From contig SVTN01000001.1 in the NCBI GenBank assembly GCA_015063765.1, positions 1 through 52,039 of the forward strand: 52,039 nucleotides of DNA. Direction: 5' to 3'. Below, piece after piece: positions 9,493-19,128 of the stretch; within the stretch, counting starts at the first letter, position 1, and each line of letters starts with the position of its first letter. A program made the translations under genes and the position numbers. Origin of the DNA: Oscillospiraceae bacterium. Lineage in GTDB: Bacteria > Bacillota > Clostridia > Oscillospirales > CAG-272. The notes under the pieces were generated by a model. It was not told where the DNA came from. It saw only the letters and a program-made list of their open reading frames with translations, and did not search any database.

Positions 9493-11577
9493 TCAATACC
9501 TGTTTTCCTTCAGCTCGTCAAGACTGCATTTTCTTCCGTCACAGCCTGCGCTTGCGATCACATTCTTTGCCACTTCGGGAACCGACTCCCAGCCGTGAAC
9601 GAATACGGTGTTTCGCTCGGTGCAATTGCGATCGTCGCAAAGATAGCCGTGGAAGGCTTCAAAGAGCTCTTCCTCTTTGTTTTGTCCGCGCGCGTTCAAA
9701 AGATAGGTGTTCTCCCAAAGCACGTTATGGTCGGGAGCGATGGTGCCATGGTGCTGGGTGTAGCAGTAATAAGAGCCGCTTCTGCGTGCCTGCATACGGG
9801 CGACGTATCTCGCGGGGAGAGTATCAAGCTCCTTGTCCTTTTCGTGTGCGCCCAGCGACTGCTCAACGATAACGTTATCCAAAGCATGCCAATTGGAGGA
9901 AGAGCCGTCAAAATAGATGCCGCACACGAGGTTGCCGTTGCCGTTGGCGGTGTTTTTGGTGTAGACCACACAGTTGCGCTTTACAAAATTGAACAATTCG
10001 GGATAGTCGTTGGGCGCGTTACCGCCGAGCACGTAGATGCCGCCGCCGTCACACATTTCGGTGCAGAAGGAGGCAACGTAATTGTCCGAGATCTCCACGT
10101 TGTCAATGTTGACACGCTCACCGCGCGGGACAGTGGTTGCATCCCAATGCCAACCCACCGAGAAGCCCGAGTAGGAGCAATTTGTAATTGTGTTGTGGGA
10201 AAGAAGGGCATCCTTGGTGGATGCCATGCAGATGGCGGGGGATGTATAGTATACGGTAGCCACCTCGTCGATGTCGTTGTTCTCAACCGTCACGCGCAGG
10301 TTGCCTGCCGTTTCGTCCCAACGGTTGGTGGGAGCGCCGACACGGATGGCAGAGGAGGGGATGCGGCGGAAGGTGCAGTCCTTGACGGTGAGATCCTCGA
10401 CCCTGCCACGCAGGGAAATGCCCTCGCATCCAAGGTCGCGGAAGGTGCAGTTCTTGACGGTGAGATGCTTGCAGTCATGTCCGTAGATGGCGGCGGCGTT
10501 CGGGTAATCGTGGAAGCGGCCGTCGCAGGAAGCCTGACCGCAGGTCGCGCCAAACTCGGAGAGCTTGTAGTCGTCGGTGCCTGTAAAGGTAAGTCCGTCA
10601 AAGGTCACGCCGTCGATCTTCTCCAACGAGAAAAGGCGCGCAAGACGGGGAATGGCAAAGCACGTCTGTGTGATATCCCCCTCGGTGTAGTAGGAGAGGA
10701 CGCCGCTTTTGCCGTCGCGGTAGTATTCGTTCTCGCTGTCGACAAAGGCAAGCGCGTTTTGGAGAAAATAATGGCGACCGCGGAAGGGGAAGCCGCCCGG
10801 GAATGCAAAGCGAGCGTATTCGTCCGGCTTCAAATAGACGGCAACATGTTCTTCGGGGGCAACGACACCCTCGTTTTTGAAAATGAACCAAGCGTCATCG
10901 GGGTTTTTGACCTCGTAGACAGCGGTGTCGTCAAGATCGATCGCCGTGATGTGGATGATGTTGTAATCCCACTCGGCAACGGTGTGAAGCTCAGCGTCGG
11001 TGACGGGAAGAATGCCATCCGTCTTGTCGCCGATGAGGGGAGCCAAAAGACGGCGGTCAAGATACATTTTGCATTCCGCCTTGACGTTTGCACCTTCACG
11101 CCCCTTGGCATCAAAGTCGCGTTCGAAGCGTTGACGGGTAGCCCCCTCCTCCACCTTGGGAGCGCCGCTTAAGGCGAGCGTTGCAAGGCGTCCGTTCGTG
11201 TAGAGATAACGGAAGCGTCGCGGCGTGCCGTCGGCGTTTAACAGGGTTGCTGTATGGATGGGAGCGCCGGTGGATGTAAAGGCTTTGGCGGGGATGTCTT
11301 CCAGCGAGGATACTGTCACACAGCCGTTCGCCTGCAGGGTGAGATGCGAGCCCGAAATAGGCATATCCTCTCCCGTCAGCGTCAGCGTTTCCCCGATGCG
11401 GTAATCGCCCTCGGCAATGTCAATGATGACGTGTGTAGGAAGGTTGGCTTCTCTTAAAAGCTCTTTTGCCTTTGAAAAGGCGCAGGGAAGGCAAGAGAAG
11501 GGCGCTTCCTTGGTGCCGTCGCCGCAGGATGCGGCATTTTGATCGAGATAAAGGATCTTTTCTGCGTTGTTTGCCAT
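9493..11577 (-). CDS. right-handed parallel beta-helix repeat protein (pectate-lyase-fold, function unknown)
   Basis: Repeated NxxI/V..N motifs (VKNCTFRDLGCEGISL, VKDCTFRRIPSSAIRV, VENNDI, SHNTITNCSYSGFSV). No signal peptide. I prefer ATG 11577 (AAGGAG SD) over the track's 11613. Confidence 0.75.
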   Translation of the reverse strand: MANNAEKILYLDQNAASCGDGTKEAPFSCLPCAFSKAKELLREANLPTHVIIDIAEGDYRIGETLTLTGEDMPISGSHLTLQANGCVTVSSLEDIPAKAFTSTGAPIHTATLLNADGTPRRFRYLYTNGRLATLALSGAPKVEEGATRQRFERDFDAKGREGANVKAECKMYLDRRLLAPLIGDKTDGILPVTDAELHTVAEWDYNIIHITAIDLDDTAVYEVKNPDDAWFIFKNEGVVAPEEHVAVYLKPDEYARFAFPGGFPFRGRHYFLQNALAFVDSENEYYRDGKSGVLSYYTEGDITQTCFAIPRLARLFSLEKIDGVTFDGLTFTGTDDYKLSEFGATCGQASCDGRFHDYPNAAAIYGHDCKHLTVKNCTFRDLGCEGISLRGRVEDLTVKDCTFRRIPSSAIRVGAPTNRWDETAGNLRVTVENNDIDEVATVYYTSPAICMASTKDALLSHNTITNCSYSGFSVGWHWDATTVPRGERVNIDNVEISDNYVASFCTEMCDGGGIYVLGGNAPNDYPELFNFVKRNCVVYTKNTANGNGNLVCGIYFDGSSSNWHALDNVIVEQSLGAHEKDKELDTLPARYVARMQARRSGSYYCYTQHHGTIAPDHNVLWENTYLLNARGQNKEEELFEAFHGYLCDDRNCTERNTVFVHGWESVPEVAKNVIASAGCDGRKCSLDELKENRY

Positions 11578-11673
11578 GATGCTTCTCCTTATCGCTAAGT
11601 TTTCTGTTTTCATTGTACCTAAAAATTTGGGGTATGTATTTGCACAAACGTAAACATTTTTTGATATTTCGTA

Positions 11674-11702
11674 TTGACGGCATCCGCCCGAAGTGATATA
11701 AT
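11674..11702 (+). promoter_or_regulatory. sigma-A promoter for the Crp/Fnr gene
   Basis: TTGACG - 17 nt - TATAAT. Confidence 0.6.
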
Positions 11703-11734
11703 GTAGAAAAGTGCAAAAAAGAGGGGGAAAAAGA

Positions 11735-12400
11735 GTGAAACAGGGGCAAGATCTTCGCGTAGCGCAGGGGCATAAGCTTTTTTCGGAGCTGTCAGAGTCT
11801 GACTTTTCGCGTGCACTTGGGTTGTTTTCTGCGCGGGTCGCGACTTATAAAAAGGGTGAGATCCTGCGCGCCATGGGCATGCCCTTTTCTACCTTCGGCT
11901 TAGTTCTTTCGGGGACGGTACAGGTCTTTTCCCTTGATATGGACGGCGAGCCGCAGATGATGGCAAACGTGGGTGCGGGGGAGAGCTTCGGCGAATCGCT
12001 TGCCTATTTAAAGACCGAAGAAAGTCCCGTCAACGTCATCGCCGCCACCGATGCCGCGGTGCTTTGGTTGGATATTGCCACTCTGCGCGCAAGGACCGCG
12101 GAGGGAGATGCTTTCGCACTTGCCATCAGCGAGCGTTTTTCTTCGGTCCTTGCCCTGCGTGCGCTTTTTCAAAACGACCGCATTCAGATCTTAAGCAAGC
12201 CGAAGATCCGCGACCGCCTCGTCACCTTTCTTTCGCAATGCGAGCGTCGATCCGGAAGCCGTACCTTCATCATTCCCTTTGACAGAGCCTCGCTTGCCGT
12301 TTATCTCGGCGTCAATCGCACCGCCCTCTCCCGAGAGCTTGCCAAAATGAAAAATGAGGGCATCATTGACTTCTTCCGCAGCTCCTTCCGCCTCTTGTAA
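11735..12400 (+). CDS. Crp/Fnr family transcriptional regulator
   Basis: cNMP-binding-like beta-roll (GESFGE) plus a C-terminal HTH (RASLAVYLGVNRTALSRELAKMKNEGII). GTG 11735 has a GAGGGGG SD. Confidence 0.8.
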   Translation: MKQGQDLRVAQGHKLFSELSESDFSRALGLFSARVATYKKGEILRAMGMPFSTFGLVLSGTVQVFSLDMDGEPQMMANVGAGESFGESLAYLKTEESPVNVIAATDAAVLWLDIATLRARTAEGDAFALAISERFSSVLALRALFQNDRIQILSKPKIRDRLVTFLSQCERRSGSRTFIIPFDRASLAVYLGVNRTALSRELAKMKNEGIIDFFRSSFRLL

Positions 12401-12479
12401 TTTGGTTGCAATTGCAACATACTTTTTCCTTTCTATCGGGTACAATAAGGGTGTAAAAAGAAGAAAGGAAAATAAACCC

Positions 12480-13460
12480 ATGAAAAAACTACTCGCACTC
12501 ACCCTTGTTCTCATTTTTGTGCTCATCCCGCTTGCGGGCTGTGCCAAGGATACGACCGCTGTCCGTCTCGGCGGCATGACGGGCCCCACCTCCATCGGTA
12601 TGGCAAAGCTGCTTGCCGACGACAAGGCGGGTACAGCCAAAAACGATTATGAATTTACTTTAGTCGGAAGCGGCGCTGACATGAAGGCAAAGCTTCTTTC
12701 GGGCGACGTAGACATCGCCGCCATCCCCGCAAACCTTGCGGCAACCCTCTACAACGCAACCAAGGGCGAGATCCAGGTGATCGCCGTCAACACGCTTGGC
12801 GTTGTTAGCCTGCTGGAAACGGGCAACACCGTGAACAGCCTTGCCGATCTTAAGGGCAAGACGGTCTATGCCCCCGCATCCGCGAAGGGTGCCATTCCCG
12901 AGATCGTCTTTTCCTATCTGCTCTCGACGGCAAACTTGACGCTTGGCGAAGATGTTACCGTTGAGTGGCTGCCGACCGCTGCAGGCGGTGCAAATCCCCT
13001 TGCTCCCAAGCTCAAGACGGGCGAGATCGTTCTTTCCCCCGAGCCTGCCGCATCCGCACTTCTCTCGAATGTTGAGGGGGCGCGCCGTGCCATCGTGCTG
13101 GATGACGCATGGGATGCCCTGGATAACGGCTGTGAGTACGTGACGGGTGTCACCGTCGTGCGCCGCGCCTTTGCCGAAGAGCATCCGCAGGTGGTCAAGC
13201 GCTTCCTTGATGAATACGAGGATTCCATTGAGTACGCGAACGAGAATGCCGCCGATACCGCTGCAAAGGTGGTGGAGTTTGGCATCCTTGACTTGAAGGC
13301 TGCACTCATCGAAAAGGCGATCCCGAGCTGCCATATCGATTTTGAGGATGGCAACGACATGAAGGCGGAACTAAAGGCGTATTACGAGCTTCTCGTTTCC
13401 GTCAACGCCGCCGCATTTGGTGGCAAAGCTCCCGACGACGGCTTCTATTATGTAAAATAA
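12480..13460 (+). CDS. ABC transporter substrate-binding lipoprotein (NMT1/THI5-like, NitT/TauT family)
   Basis: MKKLLALTLVLIFVLIPLAGC signal peptide with lipobox. Followed by the cognate permease and ATPase. Confidence 0.85.
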   Translation: MKKLLALTLVLIFVLIPLAGCAKDTTAVRLGGMTGPTSIGMAKLLADDKAGTAKNDYEFTLVGSGADMKAKLLSGDVDIAAIPANLAATLYNATKGEIQVIAVNTLGVVSLLETGNTVNSLADLKGKTVYAPASAKGAIPEIVFSYLLSTANLTLGEDVTVEWLPTAAGGANPLAPKLKTGEIVLSPEPAASALLSNVEGARRAIVLDDAWDALDNGCEYVTGVTVVRRAFAEEHPQVVKRFLDEYEDSIEYANENAADTAAKVVEFGILDLKAALIEKAIPSCHIDFEDGNDMKAELKAYYELLVSVNAAAFGGKAPDDGFYYVK

Positions 13461-13492
13461 AGTTTACAATTTGAAAAAAGGAGGGCGACAGT

Positions 13493-14254
13493 ATGCGTGC
13501 GCTTTTACGGAAATCTTCCGTGCAAAAGACGTTGGCGGTTCTGATCGCCCTTCTTGTTTGGCAAATTGGGGCGATGATACTTAACGAGGAGCTCATTCTT
13601 CCCACCCCCGTTCGGGTGCTTGTAAGGCTCTTCACCGTCTGGCAGTTAGAGGGTGTTTTTACCGCGATTTGGTATAGCCTTCTTCGCATTGCGCTTGGCT
13701 TTTTTCTCGCCTTGCTGCTTGGCACAGTTCTTGCTGTGATCGCGGGGAGATTTCCCTTTGTGGAAACACTCCTTTTTCCCTATATGGCGGTGGTCAAGGC
13801 GGTTCCCGTTGTTTCCTTCATCGTGCTTGCCTATGTTTGGATGTCCTCCCGCACCATTGCCGTTTTTATCTCCTTCCTCATTGTGCTTCCCACCGTGTAT
13901 ACGGGGCTCCTTTCGGGCATCAAGGCACGGGACGCGAAGTTAGAGGAAATGGCGGACGTGTTCGGGGTTTCGGCAAAGGATCGCTTTCTTTACCTGCGCC
14001 TTCCGAACCTTGCCCCCTACATCACGTCTGCGGTTTCGCTCGGCGCGGGGCTTGCATGGAAATCGGGGGTTGCCGCCGAGATCATCGCGGTGACTTCAAA
14101 ATCCATCGGCGGAATGCTGTATAGCGCAAGCCTTGAGATGCGCAACGTAGACCTCTTTGCCATGACGGCGCTTCTCGTGCTTCTCAGCATCCTTTTTGAA
14201 AAGCTGCTCGTTCTTCTTCTAAAGCTTGTTTTTCGGAGGCTTTGGCACAAATGA
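13493..14254 (+). CDS. ABC transporter permease (NitT/TauT family)
   Basis: 253 aa, multi-TM, BPD-type permease. GGAGGG SD. Confidence 0.9.
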   Translation: MRALLRKSSVQKTLAVLIALLVWQIGAMILNEELILPTPVRVLVRLFTVWQLEGVFTAIWYSLLRIALGFFLALLLGTVLAVIAGRFPFVETLLFPYMAVVKAVPVVSFIVLAYVWMSSRTIAVFISFLIVLPTVYTGLLSGIKARDAKLEEMADVFGVSAKDRFLYLRLPNLAPYITSAVSLGAGLAWKSGVAAEIIAVTSKSIGGMLYSASLEMRNVDLFAMTALLVLLSILFEKLLVLLLKLVFRRLWHK

Positions 14255-14829
14255 CGGTTTTAAATTTATGTAAAAGCTACGGCGAAAAAGCCGTTTTAAA
14301 CAATTTCTCCGCGCATTTTGATGCGGGCGAGATCTCGGCTTTGATGGGACCCTCGGGGTGCGGTAAAACAACGCTTTTCCGTATTCTCCTCGGCATAGAA
14401 AAAGCAGATGCAGGCGAAATTCGTCACGACGGTGCGAAGACGGTTGCCGTTTTCCAAGAGGATAGGCTCTCCGAGCCGCTCTCTGCCATCAAGAACGTCT
14501 GTCTTGGACGGAGGGATGCCACGCCCGACGAAGCAAAAGCCCTTCTTTCGGCGCTCGGTCTTGCAGAGGATGCCGAAAAGTCCGTAAAAGAGCTTTCGGG
14601 CGGTATGCGCCGCCGCGTTTCGATCGCCAGAGCCTTGATTGCCGATGCGGACACCGTGCTCCTCGACGAGCCCTTCTCGGCGCTTGACGAGGATACCAAG
14701 GCATCCGTGATGCGCTTTACGCGGAAGGCACTCGAAGGAAAAACGGTTGTGCTCATCACCCACGATATCGAGGAAGCCCGCGCCTTCGCGAAAAACAGAG
14801 TTTATCCCTTCCTTTCGCATCAAGGGTAA
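14251..14829 (+). CDS. ABC transporter ATP-binding protein (short, about 192 aa)
   Basis: Walker A GPSGCGKTT, signature LSGGMRRR and Walker B VLLDEPFSALD. ATGA overlap with the permease stop. Confidence 0.9.
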   Translation: MTVLNLCKSYGEKAVLNNFSAHFDAGEISALMGPSGCGKTTLFRILLGIEKADAGEIRHDGAKTVAVFQEDRLSEPLSAIKNVCLGRRDATPDEAKALLSALGLAEDAEKSVKELSGGMRRRVSIARALIADADTVLLDEPFSALDEDTKASVMRFTRKALEGKTVVLITHDIEEARAFAKNRVYPFLSHQG

Positions 14830-14831
14830 AT

Positions 14832-14862
14832 GAAAAACAACTCCCCGCAGGGAGTTGTTTTA
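14832..14862. terminator. bidirectional terminator
   Basis: AAACAACTCC-loop-GGAGTTGTTT with flanking A and T runs, between convergent genes. Confidence 0.7.
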
Positions 14863-14869
14863 CTTCTGA

Positions 14870-15064
14870 TCACATCTCGGTATGCGCGCGGTTGGGAACC
14901 GCGGGGTCTTTTGTCGAACGAACCCCCAAGCCTGCAGCCTCTTCCGCCTCCGACGGTGTGTACGGGGTCGGACGGGTGGCTTTCCCCTTGTCATCGGTTA
15001 CCTTTGAATACGGCGTGCCTGCGGGCAACTTGTTTTTTGCCGATTTTTTCTTGCTTTTCTCCAT
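14870..15064 (-). CDS. 64-aa Lys-rich hydrophilic small protein, unknown function
   Basis: GGAGGTG SD 8 nt before ATG 15064. Translation is MEKSKKKSAKNKLPAGTPYSKVTDDKGKATRPTPYTPSEAEE... Terminator downstream. Coding status not proven. Confidence 0.45.
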   Translation of the reverse strand: MEKSKKKSAKNKLPAGTPYSKVTDDKGKATRPTPYTPSEAEEAAGLGVRSTKDPAVPNRAHTEM

Positions 15065-15129
15065 TAAAATCACCTCCGTATATAGTTTGTGCCTTATGAC
15101 GGCAAACATACGGGAAAGGAGTGCTTTTC

Positions 15130-16017
15130 ATGACGCTTTACGCACCTTGCTATTATCAAAAATTCGCCTGCATTGCAGGCGAGTGCCGGCATTCCTGCTG
15201 TGTTGGTTGGGAGATCGACGTGGATAAAAAGGCGCTGAAAAAATATAAACGCCTGAAAGACGAAGCCATCCTTGCGAGCATTGACCGTAATGGAGCGCCC
15301 CACTTTTGCTTGGGAGAGGATGAACGATGTCCGCATCTTGACGAAGAGGGGCTTTGCCGCATCATTTTAAAATACGGGGACGAAGGCTTGTGCGATATCT
15401 GCCGCGAGCATCCCCGCTTTTATCACGATACCGTCAAGGGGCGCGAGGTCGGCATCGGTATGTCCTGCGAGGAAGCCTGCCGCTTGATCTTAAGCGAGGA
15501 TTTCACCGTTGTTGAAATTGGAAAAGAAAAGGGAAGGGTGCGCCCATCTCGCTTTGATGCGCTTCCCGAACGCGAGAAGATCTATACCATTCTTTCGGAT
15601 CAAAAGCTTTCCTATCCCGAACGGCTTTCAAAGATCGCCGAGGAATACGGGATTGCTTTAAAAGCAGACACTTCCGTTTTTGCATCTCTTGAATACTTAA
15701 AGGAAGAAAATCGCGCACGGTTTGTTGATGCTATACCCTTTACACCCATAGCTTCCACCCCAAAGGAGATGGAAGAATATCTTTTGCGCGCGCTTGCTTA
15801 TTTTGTTTACCGTCATGTGACGGCGGCAAAAAGCGAGAGTGAAGCGCGCATGGCAGTCGGCTTCTCGCTTCTTTGCGAGCGTCTTCTTTGCTCCCTTGCG
15901 GTCAAAGAAAATGCGCTGACCTTTTCCGCTTTTGCGGAGCTTGCGCGTACCGCTTCGGAGGAATTGGAGTACTCCGTAGACAACACGGAACGGATAAAGT
16001 TTTCGTTTTTCATGTAA
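15130..16017 (+). CDS. FliB-like (flagellin lysine-N-methylase family) Cys-rich protein
   Basis: N-terminus YAPCYYQKFACIAGECRHSCCVGWEIDVD resembles what I recall of this family. AAAGGAG SD before ATG 15130. Confidence 0.6.
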   Translation: MTLYAPCYYQKFACIAGECRHSCCVGWEIDVDKKALKKYKRLKDEAILASIDRNGAPHFCLGEDERCPHLDEEGLCRIILKYGDEGLCDICREHPRFYHDTVKGREVGIGMSCEEACRLILSEDFTVVEIGKEKGRVRPSRFDALPEREKIYTILSDQKLSYPERLSKIAEEYGIALKADTSVFASLEYLKEENRARFVDAIPFTPIASTPKEMEEYLLRALAYFVYRHVTAAKSESEARMAVGFSLLCERLLCSLAVKENALTFSAFAELARTASEELEYSVDNTERIKFSFFM

Positions 16018-16050
16018 AAAAAGAACCGATCACATGATCGGTTCTTTTTA
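16016..16050. terminator. bidirectional terminator
   Basis: AAGAACCGATC-ACAT-GATCGGTTCTT with flanking A and T runs. Confidence 0.8.
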
Positions 16051-16053
16051 TTC

Positions 16054-17253
16054 TTAGAGTTCATTTTCGTGAAGAGGAATGCCACGTGCACGAAGCACCT
16101 CTTGCGCTTTCGTGACGTCAAAGGCGGGAATGTCGTCGGTCAGCGCCGCAACGACACCTGCCCCTTCTCCCATCACAGAGCAGCAGGGAATGACGCGAGA
16201 GATTTCAAGCATCGCGTCGTCTGCCGATTGGCATCTGCCCGCCACGATGAGGTTCTTGATCTTCCTTGAATAGAGGGTCGAGAGAGGGCATTCATAGATA
16301 GGTCCTCTTTCACGCCAGTTCGAGAAGAGTCCGAGCGAGTCGGGAAATTCGCGGTGGTTGTCTGCCTTGGTCAAGGTGCGCTCACCCGCAATACGGCGGG
16401 TCATGCGGAACTGCGGGATGGTGGCAATGGTGGTGGGAACGTGCGTTTCGTCCGTCTTGCGTGCTTCCAGCACGGCGGAAAGCATACGGTCACGCGAGCG
16501 CTCCATGTAGAGCGAGATCTCGCCGTCGTCAAGTCCCGAGTAACGGACGCGGGATGCCTTTTCGGGAGGAACGCTACCGGGAATAACGTCGATATCGCCC
16601 GTCATGTGGAGGTTCCAGCCGTCTTGCCCATAGGAGTAATACCATGCCGAAAGCACGTTGCCAAAGCCGCATTTTTCGGTGGGCGCACCTGCGCGGTCGG
16701 AGAGATCGGCGTCGCCCGAGGCGTCAACGTAGCTCTTCGCTTCAATGGCATATCTGCCCGATTTGCCTTCAACAACGGCGTAACGGATCTTTTCATCCTC
16801 TGTTACCGCCGATACGAGGCTGACACCGAAGAGGATCTCGACACCTTCCTTTAAAAGTGCCTTTTCTGCGGAGGTAGCGAACAGGGCGGGGTTGAAATTG
16901 ACCTCGTAGCGCGGAGAATGCTCGTCGCGCGTGCCTTCGCCGCGGACCCAGTTCTTCACGCCGAGCTTGCCGTCACAGTCGTATTCGATGGAGAGCTCCA
17001 AAAGCTCCTCGGCAATGCCGAAGGACACCTGATGCCCGTATCCGTCACAGATGGGAAGGTAGATGGTAACGAGCCCCGATGTGCCAAGGCCGCCGAGATA
17101 ATAGCTTTTTTCAACCAAAATGACCTTTTTTCCAAGACGCGCCGCAGAGAGTGCGGCGGCGATGCCGCCAAAGCCGCCGCCCACGACGAGAACGTCACAG
17201 GCGTGCGTGATCTTTGTCGAGAGGGTTTCCTTGATCTCTTTCATAACGGTCAC
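16054..17253 (-). CDS. FAD-dependent oxidoreductase (FAD_oxidored-type)
   Basis: DVLVVGGGFGGIAAALSAARLGKKVILVEK Rossmann motif. Last gene of the five-gene operon. Confidence 0.85.
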   Translation of the reverse strand: MTVMKEIKETLSTKITHACDVLVVGGGFGGIAAALSAARLGKKVILVEKSYYLGGLGTSGLVTIYLPICDGYGHQVSFGIAEELLELSIEYDCDGKLGVKNWVRGEGTRDEHSPRYEVNFNPALFATSAEKALLKEGVEILFGVSLVSAVTEDEKIRYAVVEGKSGRYAIEAKSYVDASGDADLSDRAGAPTEKCGFGNVLSAWYYSYGQDGWNLHMTGDIDVIPGSVPPEKASRVRYSGLDDGEISLYMERSRDRMLSAVLEARKTDETHVPTTIATIPQFRMTRRIAGERTLTKADNHREFPDSLGLFSNWRERGPIYECPLSTLYSRKIKNLIVAGRCQSADDAMLEISRVIPCCSVMGEGAGVVAALTDDIPAFDVTKAQEVLRARGIPLHENEL

Positions 17254-17254
17254 C

Positions 17255-18214
17255 TCACAGCGTTTCGGGGTAAAGGGCTTCTCTTGCCCGGTTCATTAAC
17301 TGGATGTTGTACTTGGCAAGGAGAAGGTTCTCCACTTTCGTATGCAACCAAGGGGCAACGAGGTATCCCGTAAGGTGTGCGGGCGAGATGACCTTTTTGC
17401 CGTGCACAAGCGTGCTTTCAATGTTAGAGCTGATGCCCTCGGCAAAGGAGGAGCAGGGCACCTGATCGTAGCCGTTCTTCTCCAAAAGCTCGTAAGCGGA
17501 AATCGCCTTATAGTGCCAATGGTCGCTTGGCCAATCCTTAAACATGTTGTAGTACCAGTTGGATTGAAGCACCGATTTCGGCATCTTCTCAATATAGGTA
17601 TCGGGGTTTTCCCAACAGCCGTCCGCCCAGACCCAAGGACGGGCACCGTATTTTTCCACTTCGCCGAAATAGAAATAAACGTCGTGCCACCAAAGATCCT
17701 TCGCGCGGATGTGCACGCACTCGCGGAAGCGCTGATTGCCGATGGTGTCCTCCTCATCCATTCCCAAGTGGAAAAGACGGGGATTTCCAAACACCTCGCA
17801 CACCTCGCGGATGACGTCGGCGCACGCCTCGTAATAATAACGGGTGGAGGTCATGCGGCGGTATTCCTTAAGCCATGTGTGATGGCAGGTGGAGAAGTTG
17901 AGCTTCGGGATGGGCTCAAGTCCGAGGGCGCGCATCTCGTCCAGTTTCTTTTTGAGGAAGTCCTTATCCCACGCATCGGGTGCGGAGATCTCGGGGCGAG
18001 ATTCGTACTTGATGCCGTCGCCCACGTCGATGAGAACGGCGTTGTATTTATGTGCGGCAAGGGTGCGGACGGTTTCGTCCCACGCCTCTACGTCAACGCC
18101 GATGTTTTCCGAATAACGCTTTGGCACATACCAGCCGCGCGCAGGGGTGTTTTCGTCGTCCCACATATGGTTGGACAGGTACATCATGTACCCAAACATC
18201 ATGTTATTTTTCAT
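17255..18214 (-). CDS. hypothetical TIM-barrel glycoside-hydrolase-like protein
   Basis: 319 aa. FHLGMDEE is reminiscent of the GH20 H-x-G-G-D-E catalytic motif. Separated by 1 nt from the downstream gene. Confidence 0.6.
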   Translation of the reverse strand: MKNNMMFGYMMYLSNHMWDDENTPARGWYVPKRYSENIGVDVEAWDETVRTLAAHKYNAVLIDVGDGIKYESRPEISAPDAWDKDFLKKKLDEMRALGLEPIPKLNFSTCHHTWLKEYRRMTSTRYYYEACADVIREVCEVFGNPRLFHLGMDEEDTIGNQRFRECVHIRAKDLWWHDVYFYFGEVEKYGARPWVWADGCWENPDTYIEKMPKSVLQSNWYYNMFKDWPSDHWHYKAISAYELLEKNGYDQVPCSSFAEGISSNIESTLVHGKKVISPAHLTGYLVAPWLHTKVENLLLAKYNIQLMNRAREALYPETL

Positions 18215-18255
18215 ATCAACCTCGTAAGGGATCCGCCGTGTGCGGCGGATGATTT

Positions 18256-19128
18256 TTACAAAAGCTCTGCGAGATATTTTTTCAGGTTGGCAAAGCCTGT
18301 CTTGATGCCCTCAATACAGTCCTCATATCCCTCATATTCGATGGAGAGATAGCCGTCGTAGCCGGCACGCTTGAGAATCGCAATGCATTGCTTGACGGGA
18401 ATGTCGCCCGTGCCGACCGCAACGCCGCGCAAATAGTTGCAGCCACGCGTCTGGGAGCAACCGCCGGGGATGGGACCTTGGGCAAAGCTGCGCTTGACAA
18501 AGTCCTTGGCGTGCGCGTGAAAGGCGTAGGGCGCAACACGGGAAACGGCGATTGCCGAATCCTCATCGACACACGCGAAGTTGCCCATGTCGACGAGAAG
18601 ACCAAAGTTGTCGTGCGCAACGGCGTTTACAAGGCGCTCGACACGGTCGGAGTCCTGCGCAAGATGACCGTGGTTCTCGGAGCAGGTGCGGATGCCCTTG
18701 GAAGCGGCATATTCGGTGATCTCGCGCGCGTTCTTTGCAAGGGTGGGGAGCATTGCGTCAAAGCTTCTGCCTGCGCCCTTTTTGGTAAGTCCCCAAGCGA
18801 CGTCGTGGCGCATGACGGAGGCGCCGAGCAGGGCGGCAATGTCTACCTGCCCCTTTAAGCGCTCGATCTCTGCCGCTTCCTTCTCGGGCGTGTCTTGAAA
18901 CAGATTTGCGCCGATGGTGTAAGCGTTGATGGTCATGCCGAGGCGTTCTGCCTCCTCACGAAGAAGAACGGCGTATTCCGCCTGTGTCGTGCCCTCGGGC
19001 GGCGTAAGATCGATAAACTCGATGGCTTCAAAGCCGATCTCCTTGGCGGCGGCAATGGCAGAAAGCTGTGTCAGCTTGCCTTGCTTGATGTACTGCTGGA
19101 AGGAATAGGAGGAAACGGACAGCTTCAT
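18256..19128 (-). CDS. sugar phosphate isomerase/epimerase (xylose-isomerase-like TIM barrel)
   Basis: SENHG, VDMGNF, HAKD and SIEYEG metal-ligand pattern. The ATG shares one nucleotide with the upstream TGA. Confidence 0.85.
   Translation of the reverse strand: MKLSVSSYSFQQYIKQGKLTQLSAIAAAKEIGFEAIEFIDLTPPEGTTQAEYAVLLREEAERLGMTINAYTIGANLFQDTPEKEAAEIERLKGQVDIAALLGASVMRHDVAWGLTKKGAGRSFDAMLPTLAKNAREITEYAASKGIRTCSENHGHLAQDSDRVERLVNAVAHDNFGLLVDMGNFACVDEDSAIAVSRVAPYAFHAHAKDFVKRSFAQGPIPGGCSQTRGCNYLRGVAVGTGDIPVKQCIAILKRAGYDGYLSIEYEGYEDCIEGIKTGFANLKKYLAELL

Noticed and set aside
12401-12479. TPP or other riboswitch upstream of the NMT1/THI5-like ABC importer.
   Set aside because: The intergenic region is only 79 nt and lacks the CTGAGA and ACCTGATCTGGATAATGCCAGCG-type TPP core motifs.
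14251-14829. Possible truncation or pseudogenisation of the short (192 aa) ABC ATPase.
   Set aside because: Walker A, Q-loop, signature, Walker B and H-loop (ITHD) are all present and in frame. The ATGA coupling and a terminator directly after the stop suggest an intact, merely compact, gene.
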